A DNA stretch of 64,000 nucleotides from Candidatus Aenigmatarchaeota archaeon (GCA_030600555.1 JAUVLW010000002.1:1335-65334), one strand, 5' to 3'; positions 27,698 to 37,037 are shown, numbered from the stretch's first letter. The notes: generated by a model not told the origin, from the sequence alone. Made by a program: numbers and translations.

Positions 27698-29455
27698 TTA
27701 TCGCTTTAGTAATTCCAAAACTTCTTCACTGTCAACTCTTTTTCCATATTTTTTCATAATTTCCCCCATCGCCTTTTTCCCATATTTTTTTGTATAATTT
27801 CCAATAATTTTCTTCAATTCAACTCCTGAAATTTTCTCAAATCCTTTAATAGTTTTATTGGTTAAAACATTTTCTATTGCTTTTTTTACAATTTTTCCTT
27901 TTTCCAGATTTTTAAGAACAAATTCCAAATCTTTTTTTACAATTTTAATATTTTTTCTTTCAAGAGATTTCTTTTTATTTAGAATTAAATCGGCAATTAT
28001 TTTAGGTTCAACTTTATATTTTAAAAGTTCTTCAAATAAACCTAACTCTTTGTTTTTTGAAATTTGTTCCGCTAAATCTTTGCTTAAACCTAATTTTAAA
28101 AATCTTGCTGATTTTTCTTCAAGAGATTCTGGTAATTTTATCTTATTTAGATATTTGTTAAGGTCTATTTTTGGAAGGTCTGTTTCAGGGTACATTCTTG
28201 CGGCTCCGGGCAATTCACGGGCGTATCTTGTGAGAATATCTTCCGCAAATCTGGTTTCTTCAGGAATCCCTTTACCAAGAGATAAAATTCTTTTTTTAAT
28301 TAATTCCAAAGCATTCCTGCAGTTTTCCCCTGTTATCAGCAAAAACAAATCTTTTTCTTTTGCGCAAATTTCTTTTTTTAAATGATTAATTTCTTTTGAA
28401 TCAAACTGATATTTTTTAAGGTCTTCATCTGAATGGATAATTCCTCCAATCCCGAAAACTTTTGCATAATTTGCGATTTCTTTTCCCAGAGTTATTTCAC
28501 CACAGGGATTTTTAAATAATCCTGAAAGATTTTCTATTTTCAAACATAATATTTTTTCCTTATCTTTTAGAATTTTGCATTTTGATGATTTAAATAAATC
28601 TGTCACTTCTTTTTCAGTTAATTTTATTGGTTTATTTTTTAATTTTTCTTTTATTGAAATTAAATCCAGTTGTCTTTTAACTTCATTTTCTATTAATTTG
28701 TCAAGTTTTTTTAATTCCTGAAATCCTTTAATTTCTATTCTGGAACCTCCTTTTATTGAGATATTTACATCCTGTCTTATTGTTCCGATGCCTCTTTGCA
28801 CTTTTAGGCTTCTGAGCAACAATCCAATTTTTGATGCAAATTCTTTTGCCTGTTCAGGATGCCAGATGTCAGGGTGACAACTAAGTTCAATTAATGGAAT
28901 CCCTAACCGGTCAAGCCTGTAATAAATCATCTTTTCTTTTTCTTTAATTTTTGTTGCGCTTTCTTCTTCAAGATTTAGATCCTGGATATGGACTTTCCCA
29001 AAACTGGTTTCAATATAAGAATTCTCATTCCCTTTTCCAACCAAAGAAGTTCTTTGATAACCTGTGGTGTTGCTCCCGTCAATAACAACTTTTCTCATTA
29101 TCTGCAGTGAGTCGGGAACACACATTTTTAATATTTTGGCTAATTGCAAACTAATTAAAAGAGCCTCTTCGTTTAATTCATTTGGAAATTTTGAGTCTGT
29201 TTCAACAGAGCAGCAGTTTGGATAAGAATAATATGTAAATTCTTTATCTTTTAAGAATTCCTGCATTGCGGCTTTGTCAACTTCACCTGTTTCACTCGCC
29301 GTTGGTCTTAATTTTCTTGAGAATTCAAAAACCGGGTTTTCGTCTTCTGAAATTTCTGTTGAACAGTTGCAGAATAGTTTTGTTTTTGTTGCCAGTCTCT
29401 GATGTATTTCTATACCAATTTTTAAACCTATTTTTTTATAGTCAATCATAATCAA
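27698..29455 (-). CDS. gatE: Glutamyl-tRNA(Gln) amidotransferase subunit E (GatE; GatB/GatE family)
   Basis: N-terminal GIEIHQRL...KLFCNC motif of GatB/E. The 585-aa length and an internal insertion favour GatE. C-terminal YqeY-like tail. No gatD in the window. Confidence 0.65.
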   Translation of the reverse strand: MIMIDYKKIGLKIGIEIHQRLATKTKLFCNCSTEISEDENPVFEFSRKLRPTASETGEVDKAAMQEFLKDKEFTYYSYPNCCSVETDSKFPNELNEEALLISLQLAKILKMCVPDSLQIMRKVVIDGSNTTGYQRTSLVGKGNENSYIETSFGKVHIQDLNLEEESATKIKEKEKMIYYRLDRLGIPLIELSCHPDIWHPEQAKEFASKIGLLLRSLKVQRGIGTIRQDVNISIKGGSRIEIKGFQELKKLDKLIENEVKRQLDLISIKEKLKNKPIKLTEKEVTDLFKSSKCKILKDKEKILCLKIENLSGLFKNPCGEITLGKEIANYAKVFGIGGIIHSDEDLKKYQFDSKEINHLKKEICAKEKDLFLLITGENCRNALELIKKRILSLGKGIPEETRFAEDILTRYARELPGAARMYPETDLPKIDLNKYLNKIKLPESLEEKSARFLKLGLSKDLAEQISKNKELGLFEELLKYKVEPKIIADLILNKKKSLERKNIKIVKKDLEFVLKNLEKGKIVKKAIENVLTNKTIKGFEKISGVELKKIIGNYTKKYGKKAMGEIMKKYGKRVDSEEVLELLKR

Positions 29456-29515
29456 ACCACTAAAAATATAATTAATTCATAAATAAAAAATATCCTAAAA
29501 TAAAAAATAAAAGGG

Positions 29516-30358
29516 TTATGTTAATTTTGGATGTACCACTATTTTTGTTTCAGCAGAAGTTACATAGGTGTAGCTTGTTGTTACTTCTATAGGAAGTTTT
29601 ACTTCATCACCAGCAGGTATTGTTACTTGCACTGTGCACGAACCTTCTCTACCGCCTTTCATTCTTATGTTGCTGCATGTTTGAGTACTACTACCAGCCG
29701 TAATTGTAGCGCTATCAATTAGATAATGTTGGTTTTCATACCTCACATTGCCGCCTCCAACATTTCTGAAAATTAATGTGATTGGAACTGTGCTTCCTGT
29801 TTTTAACACATTTTGCACCCTCACGTCAACATGGATTGGAGCGTTGCTGTTTTTTAGACTTTTTACCATAGGTATGTCTTGATTTGCTTCCATTTTTTTA
29901 ACATATTCGTTTTCAGAGAAAGCATAAACTGTTGCTATGGTATTTGTGGTGTAATCATAGTTAATATGCACTCCAACATCATAAGTCTGCGTTTCTGTTA
30001 CTTCCGGAGCTGTTGTGTCATCAGTTACTTTACATTCTTGTCCGTCTTTATTCATTTCTGCGTTTGGAGGTTTTAGTCCGGTGGTGCATGCGTTTTGAGA
30101 ATTGCTTGTCCCCCAACTTAACAAATATATGGTGCTTCCTATGTTGCTTGCTTCTGCTCCTCCAACATTTCTAAGTCTGGTTTCAAGGGTTATGGCCTGA
30201 CCAGATACCGGGTATTCCACATCAGGTCCAAAATATTCTATATATACTCCATTTGTTCCTGCTGCCATTGATGAGTCTCCGCCGGTTTCTGTACAACCGC
30301 TCATTGCTATTACTAAACCCATTAAAAAAACTACTGAAATTTTGTTATAGATTCCCAT
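29516..30358 (-). CDS. Hypothetical secreted/lipobox-like surface protein
   Basis: N-terminal hydrophobic segment ending AMSGC (lipobox-like), then a T/S/G-rich beta-type ectodomain. Confidence 0.5.
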   Translation of the reverse strand: MGIYNKISVVFLMGLVIAMSGCTETGGDSSMAAGTNGVYIEYFGPDVEYPVSGQAITLETRLRNVGGAEASNIGSTIYLLSWGTSNSQNACTTGLKPPNAEMNKDGQECKVTDDTTAPEVTETQTYDVGVHINYDYTTNTIATVYAFSENEYVKKMEANQDIPMVKSLKNSNAPIHVDVRVQNVLKTGSTVPITLIFRNVGGGNVRYENQHYLIDSATITAGSSTQTCSNIRMKGGREGSCTVQVTIPAGDEVKLPIEVTTSYTYVTSAETKIVVHPKLT

Positions 30359-30457
30359 ATTTTTATTTGTATTATTTTATATATATCAATAAATTAACTT
30401 TAATTGATTATTTTGAATCAAAATTTATCCTAAACTAAAAATTTATAATTTAATTAT

Positions 30458-30667
30458 GCTGGGGTGGCCGAGTGGCTAAAGACTTTCTTTCTCAAAAGAA
30501 AGTCCTTAACGTCAAAGAAAGGAAAATTTGTCGCTTCGCGACATATATCCAAAAGACGTTAAATTCCACAATAAGGCGCTAGCCTGCTAAGCTAGTTTCT
30601 GTAATGGATCCCTGGGAAATCTTTTCTTTAACAGAAAGGTTCAGGTATTCGAATCCCAGCCCCAGCG
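30458..30667 (+). tRNA. tRNA-Ser (anticodon GCU) with two non-canonical introns (~92 nt in D-loop/D-stem, ~31 nt at T-arm position 53/54)
   Basis: Hand fold: acceptor GCTGGGG/CCCCAGC with discriminator G. Type-II D-arm GCC-GAGTGGCTAAA-GGC split by an intron. Anticodon arm CTAGC-CTGCTAA-GCTAG. 16-nt variable arm. T-stem CTGGG/CCCAG with an intron before TTCGAAT. Both introns contain strong hairpins. Confidence 0.6.
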
Positions 30668-30693
30668 TTTATATTATACTTATTGTATTTATT

Positions 30694-31341
30694 ATGTTGT
30701 ATCTGATAAATTTCAAGACTTATGAAGAAGGTTTGGGAGATAAAGGCATAAAGCTGGCAAATTTGATTGCGGAAGTTGGAAAAAAATTAAATGCGGAAAT
30801 ATGGGCGGCCCCTCAGTTCACAGATTTAAAAGAAATTTCAAAGATAGCCTCAACGTTGTCGCAGCATATTGACCCTGTTTCATTTGGTTCTCACACAGGT
30901 TCTGTTTTACCGGCTTCAGTTAAAGACGCTGGTGTGATAGGCACTTTAATTAATCATTCTGAGAGGAGATTACCTTTGGATAAAATAGAAGGAATTATAA
31001 ATGCTTCAAAGTTATCTGGCATAAAGACTGTTTGTTGTGCTGCTGATTTAAAAGAAGTGATGGAGATTGCAAAATTTTCGCCTGATTATATTGCTTATGA
31101 AGACCCTGAATTAATCGGTTCCGGCAGGTCAATAGCTCAGGAAAAACCCGAAGCAATTTCTGAGTTTGTGGGAGTTCTAAAAGATTTAAATCCAGGGATT
31201 ATTCCTTTATGCGGGGCAGGAATCGCAACCAAGCAGGATGTGCAGATTGCAAAAGATTTGGGCACGAAAGGAGTGTTGGTTGCTTCCGCGATTGTTAAGG
31301 CCGAAGACCAGAGGGAAGCTTTATTGAACTTGGTTTTGTAA
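30694..31341 (+). CDS. tpiA: Triosephosphate isomerase (archaeal short type)
   Basis: MLYLINFKTYEEG start and the GTLINHSERR active-site motif of archaeal TIM. Track start 30604 would overlap tRNA-Ser, so the ATG at 30694 is preferred. Confidence 0.85.
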   Translation: MLYLINFKTYEEGLGDKGIKLANLIAEVGKKLNAEIWAAPQFTDLKEISKIASTLSQHIDPVSFGSHTGSVLPASVKDAGVIGTLINHSERRLPLDKIEGIINASKLSGIKTVCCAADLKEVMEIAKFSPDYIAYEDPELIGSGRSIAQEKPEAISEFVGVLKDLNPGIIPLCGAGIATKQDVQIAKDLGTKGVLVASAIVKAEDQREALLNLVL

Positions 31342-31503
31342 TAACAATTTATTTTAATTTTCTTTGGAATAAGTTCATTAATTTAATTAATCTTTCCTGA
31401 GGTTTTATATTGATTGGCTATATTATTTATTGGATGTTATGTGCAATATTCCTCGCCAACAATTTTTAGAAATATTTAAATAGTTTCATTAATTTAATCT
31501 ATA

Positions 31504-31659
31504 ATGATGAAAACAAATAAAGCAATAAAAGAAATAAAAGTGCTTGGTATTGTAATGTCACTTTTAGGTGTAGTTTTAATATTTATAGGTATAAGTTCAT
31601 TACCAAGATTATCTGATTGGATTATTTCTTTTAATCTACGGATTAATACACATATTTAA
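31504..31659 (+). CDS. Possible small membrane protein (51 aa)
   Basis: Hand-found ORF MMKTNKAIKEIKVLGIVMSLLGVVLIFIGISS... with one TM. Weak evidence only. Confidence 0.2.
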   Translation: MMKTNKAIKEIKVLGIVMSLLGVVLIFIGISSLPRLSDWIISFNLRINTHI

Positions 31660-31773
31660 ATTAGAAAGATTCAAATAAAAATTGTTGGCTGCGTCATACT
31701 GTCGCTCCGTTTCACTTCGCGATTTTTTCTTGCAGAAAAAACACATAACAGCGATTAAGAGGAAAATTCTTAT

Positions 31774-32814
31774 TTATTTCCGGTTGTAAATATTCAAACA
31801 AGGGAATGCTATTTCTATCTTATTTTTCCTGAATTCTTTTGTTAATGCTTTTATAAATTCATGTTTCATTTTATATTGGCTGACAAATTCTTTTACCCTT
31901 AGGATTATTGAAAATTCTATGTTTGAATCCCCAAAATTCTTGAATCTCATAAGAGGTTCATAATCTTCAACACCGCCATCCACAGATTTTAATGTTTTTT
32001 TGGCAACAGCTATTGTTATTTTCTCAACTTTTTCAAGGTCCGAATCATAACCAACACCACAATTAACCGAAAATGATAATTCTTCGGTTGGGTCGGAATA
32101 ATTGGTAACAATCATTTCTGATAATTTGGCGTTTGGGATAATAACAAGATTGTTTGGAAGGGTTCTTATTTGTGTTGATCTCCACCCGATTTTTTCAACA
32201 TGACCTTTTAGACCCCCATTTTCAAGTTCAATATAATCTCCAATTTTAATTGACCTGTCTGAAGAAATATATAAACCCGCAAAATAATTGGCCAGCGTGC
32301 TTTGAAGGGCAAGAGCAACAGCCAAACCCGCAACACCTAAACTGGCTATTAGAGGCGTTATTTCAACCTTAAAATAGTTTAAGATGATGAAAAGACCCAT
32401 TAGGTAAATGAAAATGTTAATTAATCCTTTTAAACTAAGGAAAACCGTTTTTTGGGCTCTTGAGGTTTTATCTTTGGTTGTATGGTGCATCACGAAGGTA
32501 TCCACAATTTTTATTAAAGTCCAGGTTCCAAGACCAACACCAGCAATTACAAATAAGGTTTCTATCGGGGCTTTGTAAATTGTAAGAATTTTTAGGGTTT
32601 CTGTTGCATAATAACCACCAATTAATAGAATGCCTATATAAATTGGTTTGTGGCAGGTTTCCAGTAATTCATCATCCAGAGTAGTTTTTGTTTTTGCGGT
32701 TATTTTTGCCACATATTGTTTAAGCGTAAAATAGAATATTTTTGCGCAAATAACTGAACCAATTATAATTAAAATAGCATATAAATAATCCTGCGGAATT
32801 ATATTTTCAAACAT
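31774..32814 (-). CDS. Mechanosensitive ion channel, MscS family
   Basis: Three N-terminal TMs plus the conserved MscS beta-domain (IKIGDYIELENGGLKGHVEKIGWRSTQIRT). Confidence 0.85.
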   Translation of the reverse strand: MFENIIPQDYLYAILIIIGSVICAKIFYFTLKQYVAKITAKTKTTLDDELLETCHKPIYIGILLIGGYYATETLKILTIYKAPIETLFVIAGVGLGTWTLIKIVDTFVMHHTTKDKTSRAQKTVFLSLKGLINIFIYLMGLFIILNYFKVEITPLIASLGVAGLAVALALQSTLANYFAGLYISSDRSIKIGDYIELENGGLKGHVEKIGWRSTQIRTLPNNLVIIPNAKLSEMIVTNYSDPTEELSFSVNCGVGYDSDLEKVEKITIAVAKKTLKSVDGGVEDYEPLMRFKNFGDSNIEFSIILRVKEFVSQYKMKHEFIKALTKEFRKNKIEIAFPCLNIYNRK

Positions 32815-32882
32815 AATTACTTATAAATTATACATAAAAAAGTAATAATTGCTTTGTTTATTTTTTTAGGAAGATTAATTAT

Positions 32883-33111
32883 AGCCCCGTAGTCTAGCGG
32901 CCCATCTTTTTTCGATAGATTGTCATATGAAGCGAGGAAAGGGTCAAGGATTCTGGCCTTTGGAGTTCAAAGGAAAGAGCAAATATTAATTTGCGATGAT
33001 TGAAGTTAGCCAGCGACCGCGGTTCGAAGCAACACTTTTCAAGATAATTGTTGAAAAAGGTCTGCACCCCAAAACATAAATTAGGGTAGAACGAGAATCC
33101 GCGCGGGGCTA
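32883..33111 (+). tRNA. tRNA-Gln (anticodon UUG) with three introns (D-loop ~42 nt; canonical 37/38 ~44 nt; T-loop ~65 nt)
   Basis: Hand fold: acceptor AGCCCCG/CGGGGCT, same as the CUG isoacceptor. D-arm GTCT...GGAT interrupted. Anticodon arm CTGGC-CTTTGG|intron|A-GCCAG. Variable CGAC. T-arm CGCGG-TTCGA|intron|AT-CCGCG. Confidence 0.55.
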
Positions 33112-33147
33112 TGATTAAATAGAAATAAATATGAATTTACTAAATTT

Positions 33148-33720
33148 ATGAACCAAATAGAAAAAGCCGCAGAGGTTTTAAAGTTGGGTGGAATAATCGC
33201 ATATCCAACCGAAACAGTTTACGGGCTTGGAGTGAATATTTTTGATGAGACTGCAATAAGAAGATTATTTGAGATAAAGCGCAGGTCTCTAAACAAACCA
33301 ATTTCTGTTGCTGTGGCAAATTTTAAAATGTTGAATGATATTGCATGCGTTTTTGAGAAGGACAAAGAGCTTCTGGAGAAATTATTGCCCGGACCTGTGA
33401 CAATAATTTTTCCCAGAAAAGAAGTTGTTTCTGATTTGCTCGCCGCAGGAAGAGATTTAATAGGGATAAGATTTCCTGAAAATGAAACAACAAGAGAAAT
33501 AATAGAAAAAGCCGGATTTCCAATAACAGCAACCTCAGCGAACTTTTCAGGTGAGGGGGATGTTACTGAAGCTGAATATGTGAAACCGGAAGTTGATTTT
33601 GTTGTTAACGGAGACTGTAAATATAAGAGACCCTCTACAGTCGTTGATTTGAGCAACAGGAGAATTTTGAGAGAAGGTGTTAATTTGGAGAGGGTTAAAC
33701 AGGTGTTAAAATTAAGCTGA
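33148..33720 (+). CDS. tsaC: L-threonylcarbamoyladenylate synthase (TsaC/YrdC-type, short form)
   Basis: YPTETVYGLG motif and 190-aa length. Confidence 0.85.
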   Translation: MNQIEKAAEVLKLGGIIAYPTETVYGLGVNIFDETAIRRLFEIKRRSLNKPISVAVANFKMLNDIACVFEKDKELLEKLLPGPVTIIFPRKEVVSDLLAAGRDLIGIRFPENETTREIIEKAGFPITATSANFSGEGDVTEAEYVKPEVDFVVNGDCKYKRPSTVVDLSNRRILREGVNLERVKQVLKLS

Positions 33721-33751
33721 CTGGATATTAAACATAAAAACAAGATAGAAT

Positions 33752-34393
33752 ATGGTGGATTGGAAGGTTCCTATTACAATATTAATTTTGGTGTTGATTA
33801 TTTCTTTAGGAGTATTCCCTTTCTTTTCGTCAGATTTTGCAAGTTCTTTAACTGATGTGCTTTCTCCGGTTAATGAGCTTTTTAACAATTTATTTAACAG
33901 GAATCAGGAGTTTCAGGAAAACATATTATTGTCTTTTTCAACAAGGGAGTTGAATGATTTGCAGGTGGGCGTCCCATCAGACATAAATATGAAATTTTAC
34001 GGGGCTTATAAATTAAAAGTGGATGACAAAGATTTGACTGTTGATGGTGAATTATTGTTAAAGAACTTCACAGGTTCTATTTCATTTACTAATTCTCTAA
34101 TTTCAGGTTCTATAACCGGATTGTCTTCAGGAACTTTCAAACTTGATGGAAATTCAAGAGTGCAGTTATATGATATGAATATTGATGAATTAAGAGTATC
34201 TCATTTGAAGATTGGGGAGTTAACTGTAAATGAAGGCGAGATGACTGTAACTTATCCGCAGAACCTTGAGGTTAAACTGGATTTAGGAACCAAGATTTAT
34301 GGTTTCCAGGGGGATATGGTATATGGCAGCAATATGATGACTTTTAGCGGGAAATGTTCAAAGGTTCACATGGATTCTTTTAATTTGGGTTAA
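33752..34393 (+). CDS. Hypothetical secreted/membrane-anchored protein
   Basis: N-terminal TM followed by a beta-rich T/S/G domain. Confidence 0.4.
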   Translation: MVDWKVPITILILVLIISLGVFPFFSSDFASSLTDVLSPVNELFNNLFNRNQEFQENILLSFSTRELNDLQVGVPSDINMKFYGAYKLKVDDKDLTVDGELLLKNFTGSISFTNSLISGSITGLSSGTFKLDGNSRVQLYDMNIDELRVSHLKIGELTVNEGEMTVTYPQNLEVKLDLGTKIYGFQGDMVYGSNMMTFSGKCSKVHMDSFNLG

Positions 34394-34397
34394 GTTT

Positions 34398-34772
34398 TTA
34401 AATCCTGCATATTTTAAACTCAACATTTCCATTGTAAATAACCTCTCTTATCTGTTCCTCTTTTTTTGTAAGCTTGCTTTTTCCGGATTTTACTTCAACA
34501 AATACAATTTTTTTCACATTACTATCTGCGGCGCCGTCAAATATAACAAAATCAATTGGAGACCCGAGAAATCTCGCATCTGTTGGATTAAAATTAAAAT
34601 CCGGAAGGAACGGAGCCAGCTGTTCTTTAAATTTGCCCTCCAGAACCAACCTACTTTTTTCAATTGCATCTTTTCTGATGGCTTTGATATCTTTTCTTCT
34701 TGAAATTAAGAGATAAATCAGGAGAATAATTATCAGAGAAAGAACGAAGATAATAATATAGAGAATTGTCAT
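34398..34772 (-). CDS. Membrane-anchored PD-(D/E)xK nuclease-like protein (Hjc/Mrr-cat-like core)
   Basis: N-terminal TM (ILYIIIFVLSLIIILLIYLLI) followed by IDFVIFDG (Asp) ... VFVEVKSGKSK (E-x-K), the canonical PD-(D/E)xK restriction-endonuclease-like arrangement. Confidence 0.45.
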   Translation of the reverse strand: MTILYIIIFVLSLIIILLIYLLISRRKDIKAIRKDAIEKSRLVLEGKFKEQLAPFLPDFNFNPTDARFLGSPIDFVIFDGAADSNVKKIVFVEVKSGKSKLTKKEEQIREVIYNGNVEFKICRI

Positions 34773-34781
34773 AAATTAGTT

Positions 34782-34922
34782 ATGATTAAAGAAAGTATTT
34801 GTCAGCTATGCGGAAAACCCGGGATAATGAATTCCTGCAATCTTTGCGGAAGACTGGTTTGTTCAGAATGTTATGATGCTGAAAAAGGTTTGTGCAAAAT
34901 CTGCGCTGCAAAGTTTAAATAA
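34782..34922 (+). CDS. Small zinc-ribbon protein (4 x Cys pairs), 46 aa
   Basis: Hand-found ORF MIKESICQLCGKPGIMNSCNLCGRLVCSECYDAEKGLCKICAAKFK, below the ORF-track size cutoff. CxxC-x8-CxxC-x4-CxxC-x7-CxxC. Confidence 0.4.
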   Translation: MIKESICQLCGKPGIMNSCNLCGRLVCSECYDAEKGLCKICAAKFK

Positions 34923-34936
34923 TTTTAAACCCTTTT

Positions 34937-35761
34937 TTATTTAGAACTAGCCTCAAGATTGCTTGCGTTTGCATGAGCAACCCTCAATAAATCAGGAAGC
35001 AATTCTTTTGCAGGCACTCCAAGTTTCATACCAAGACTTTTTGCGTGTTGTCTGCTTTTCTGCAACAAGATATTTATATTGTCTTTTGTAGGATAGTTGA
35101 TATGCGTTGTTAATTTAAATAAATTGTTTGCGCACACATTAATCTGGTCTTTGAAATAAGTTTCATCCAATTCAAGAACCGATTTATTGTATATCATATT
35201 TTGGCTGTAACCGAGCGCTGGTTGAATTGTTAATTCAGCCGGTTCAATGTTAAGCATATTAAGAAGAGAAACAAGACCTCCGTCCGCTTTGTCTCCTTCT
35301 TTACACACAACTTTTGCTTCTCTCACAGCTATTTTTCCTGCTTTCATTATTGTCTGAATCTTGAACTGTTTGAAGATGCTTATTGCTGGACCTGCCTGAA
35401 TCTCGGTATCCATTGCAGGAATTTCTATTTTTTTAGATATAAGTTCATTGACTTTTATTTTTCTTTTTACTGTTAATTTTTTAAGACTCTTAAGAATATC
35501 AAATATATTTTTGTTTGAATAAATAAGCGCCGGTTGTTTGAATTCATCAAGACTTAAATCTTTTTTATTTTCTTTAAGACTCAATTCAAGAACGCTTTTT
35601 TTTGGAACTATTGCAAATATTTCCTCTTTTTTTAATTGGTTTCTAATCTGATGTAATTGTCTTGAAGGTATCTGATCCAAATCGAAAAGCAAAAGTGTGT
35701 CATGTTCTTTTAAAAACTTATTAATTTTTTTAAGTAACCCAACTTTCTTTTCAGATACCAT
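34937..35761 (-). CDS. rplP0: 50S ribosomal protein L10 / acidic ribosomal protein P0
   Basis: N-terminal FDLDQIPSRQLHQIR pattern of archaeal P0. Sits immediately downstream of rpl1. At 274 aa it is shorter than typical P0 and lacks an obvious acidic C-terminal tail. Confidence 0.7.
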   Translation of the reverse strand: MVSEKKVGLLKKINKFLKEHDTLLLFDLDQIPSRQLHQIRNQLKKEEIFAIVPKKSVLELSLKENKKDLSLDEFKQPALIYSNKNIFDILKSLKKLTVKRKIKVNELISKKIEIPAMDTEIQAGPAISIFKQFKIQTIMKAGKIAVREAKVVCKEGDKADGGLVSLLNMLNIEPAELTIQPALGYSQNMIYNKSVLELDETYFKDQINVCANNLFKLTTHINYPTKDNINILLQKSRQHAKSLGMKLGVPAKELLPDLLRVAHANASNLEASSK

Positions 35762-35762
35762 A

Positions 35763-36380
35763 TTATAATAATTTTATTGGTTCGCACATAGTTAATTTAA
35801 GGTAAACCGCTTTTATAATTCCACCTTTACTTTCAATATTTTCATTTATGTGGGTGTATGCAGTATTAAAATTTTCAATTAATTCTTCATCTTTGAGTTT
35901 TTCTGTTCCAATAGGAATCTGTATAAGGGGTTGTTTAATCAGGTTTATTGAAACTGTTCTTTCAAGGTCCTGAATTACAAGAGGAAGATTTTTTGCGGTT
36001 GGGGGAAGTGGAATCATTGATTTATTTCTGGGTCCAATGTATTTTCCAAGAATTTTTGCCACTTTAGACATTAAAGGAGCTTCTACAACAAAGAAATCAT
36101 AATCTCCTGCGAGTTTCTTGCCTTCGCTTTTCTTAAAATCTAATTCTGAAACTTTGAATACTTTTTGTTTGGTTTCTTTTGCTTTGGTTATGAGAGATTC
36201 AACAATAAAGCATATTTTACGATCTCTGACTTTATGAGTTAATTTTAATTTGTCCCTAATTCTGTTTTCCGGTTTTTTTAGGTCTAAACCAGAGATATTA
36301 ATCACCAAGTCGAACATCTGATTAAAATTTCTCTTATTTTCTCTTAATTTTTTGAGGTCTTCGACTTTTAGTTCTACCAT
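35763..36380 (-). CDS. rpl1: 50S ribosomal protein L1
   Basis: 205 aa. L1 pattern (FDLVINISGLDLKKPENRIRDKLKLTH, PRNKSMIP...) and conserved L1-P0 gene order. Confidence 0.85.
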   Translation of the reverse strand: MVELKVEDLKKLRENKRNFNQMFDLVINISGLDLKKPENRIRDKLKLTHKVRDRKICFIVESLITKAKETKQKVFKVSELDFKKSEGKKLAGDYDFFVVEAPLMSKVAKILGKYIGPRNKSMIPLPPTAKNLPLVIQDLERTVSINLIKQPLIQIPIGTEKLKDEELIENFNTAYTHINENIESKGGIIKAVYLKLTMCEPIKLL

Positions 36381-36473
36381 TAATGTAATTAAGTTAAATT
36401 TTAAGTTTACATCACCTTCGAAGATATTGGCTTAATCTCTGGTTTTTAGGTTTAAATTGAAAAATGATTATTT

Positions 36474-37037
36474 ATGGAAGACTGGAAGGCTGTTTCAGGG
36501 ATAATGGGTACAATAATCCTTCTATTTGCGTTATTATTGGCATTCCCGCCGCAAACTCCGGTAATTCCTGAAGGAAACGGCAATTTTCAGTTAAACAATA
36601 AGACGATGATTTGTGATAATTATTATATTTGTTTTTTAATTGACAATGAATGGCATAAACCCGCTTATAATGCAGGAACCAACCTGATTTTGGCAAAAGA
36701 GTATGAAATTGAGGATGCCGGGCAGATAAAGGAATTTTTTGAGTCAAAAAAAATAAATCTTGTTGTAGAGACTACTGAGGGAGTTGTAAAGACAATGTCA
36801 TTTGCGTATTATTTGAGCTATTATTATAATTCGTTCCTAAAAGACCCAAAAGATATAAATTCTACAGCTTTATCAGAATATGTGTCCGAAGAACCAGCAA
36901 TAATAATTCTTGGACCTGATGAAAATTTACAGGACAGTTCACTTGAATTTGACGGGAAAAATATATTTGTGAAGGGGAAGGATTCAGAAGGATTAAGTCA
37001 AGTTTTGGGAAAATTGCTCTTGATTATTGTTTCTTAG
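36474..37037 (+). CDS. Hypothetical membrane-anchored protein
   Basis: 187 aa, N-terminal TM. Occupies the position where spt5/nusG and rpl11 would normally sit between secE and rpl1. Confidence 0.4.
   Translation: MEDWKAVSGIMGTIILLFALLLAFPPQTPVIPEGNGNFQLNNKTMICDNYYICFLIDNEWHKPAYNAGTNLILAKEYEIEDAGQIKEFFESKKINLVVETTEGVVKTMSFAYYLSYYYNSFLKDPKDINSTALSEYVSEEPAIIILGPDENLQDSSLEFDGKNIFVKGKDSEGLSQVLGKLLLIIVS

Noticed and set aside
30604-30693. N-terminal 30-aa extension of the TIM ORF (MDPWEIFSLTERFRYSNPSPSVYIILIVFI) as given by the ORF track
   Set aside because: It overlaps tRNA-Ser exon and intron sequence on the same strand, and the conserved archaeal TIM N-terminus starts at the internal Met (30694).
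31681-31760. GC-richer segment ggctgcgtcatactgtcgctccgtttcacttcgcgattttttcttgcagaaaaaaca, which resembles a motif inside the tRNA-Ser intron (tgtcgcttcgcgaca), as a possible small RNA or repeat family
   Set aside because: Only a short, imperfect match of about 12 nt; it is insufficient to call a repeat family. The downstream TTTTTTCT/AGAAAAAA hairpin is more simply a terminator-like element for the convergent MscS gene. Left as unresolved, not claimed.
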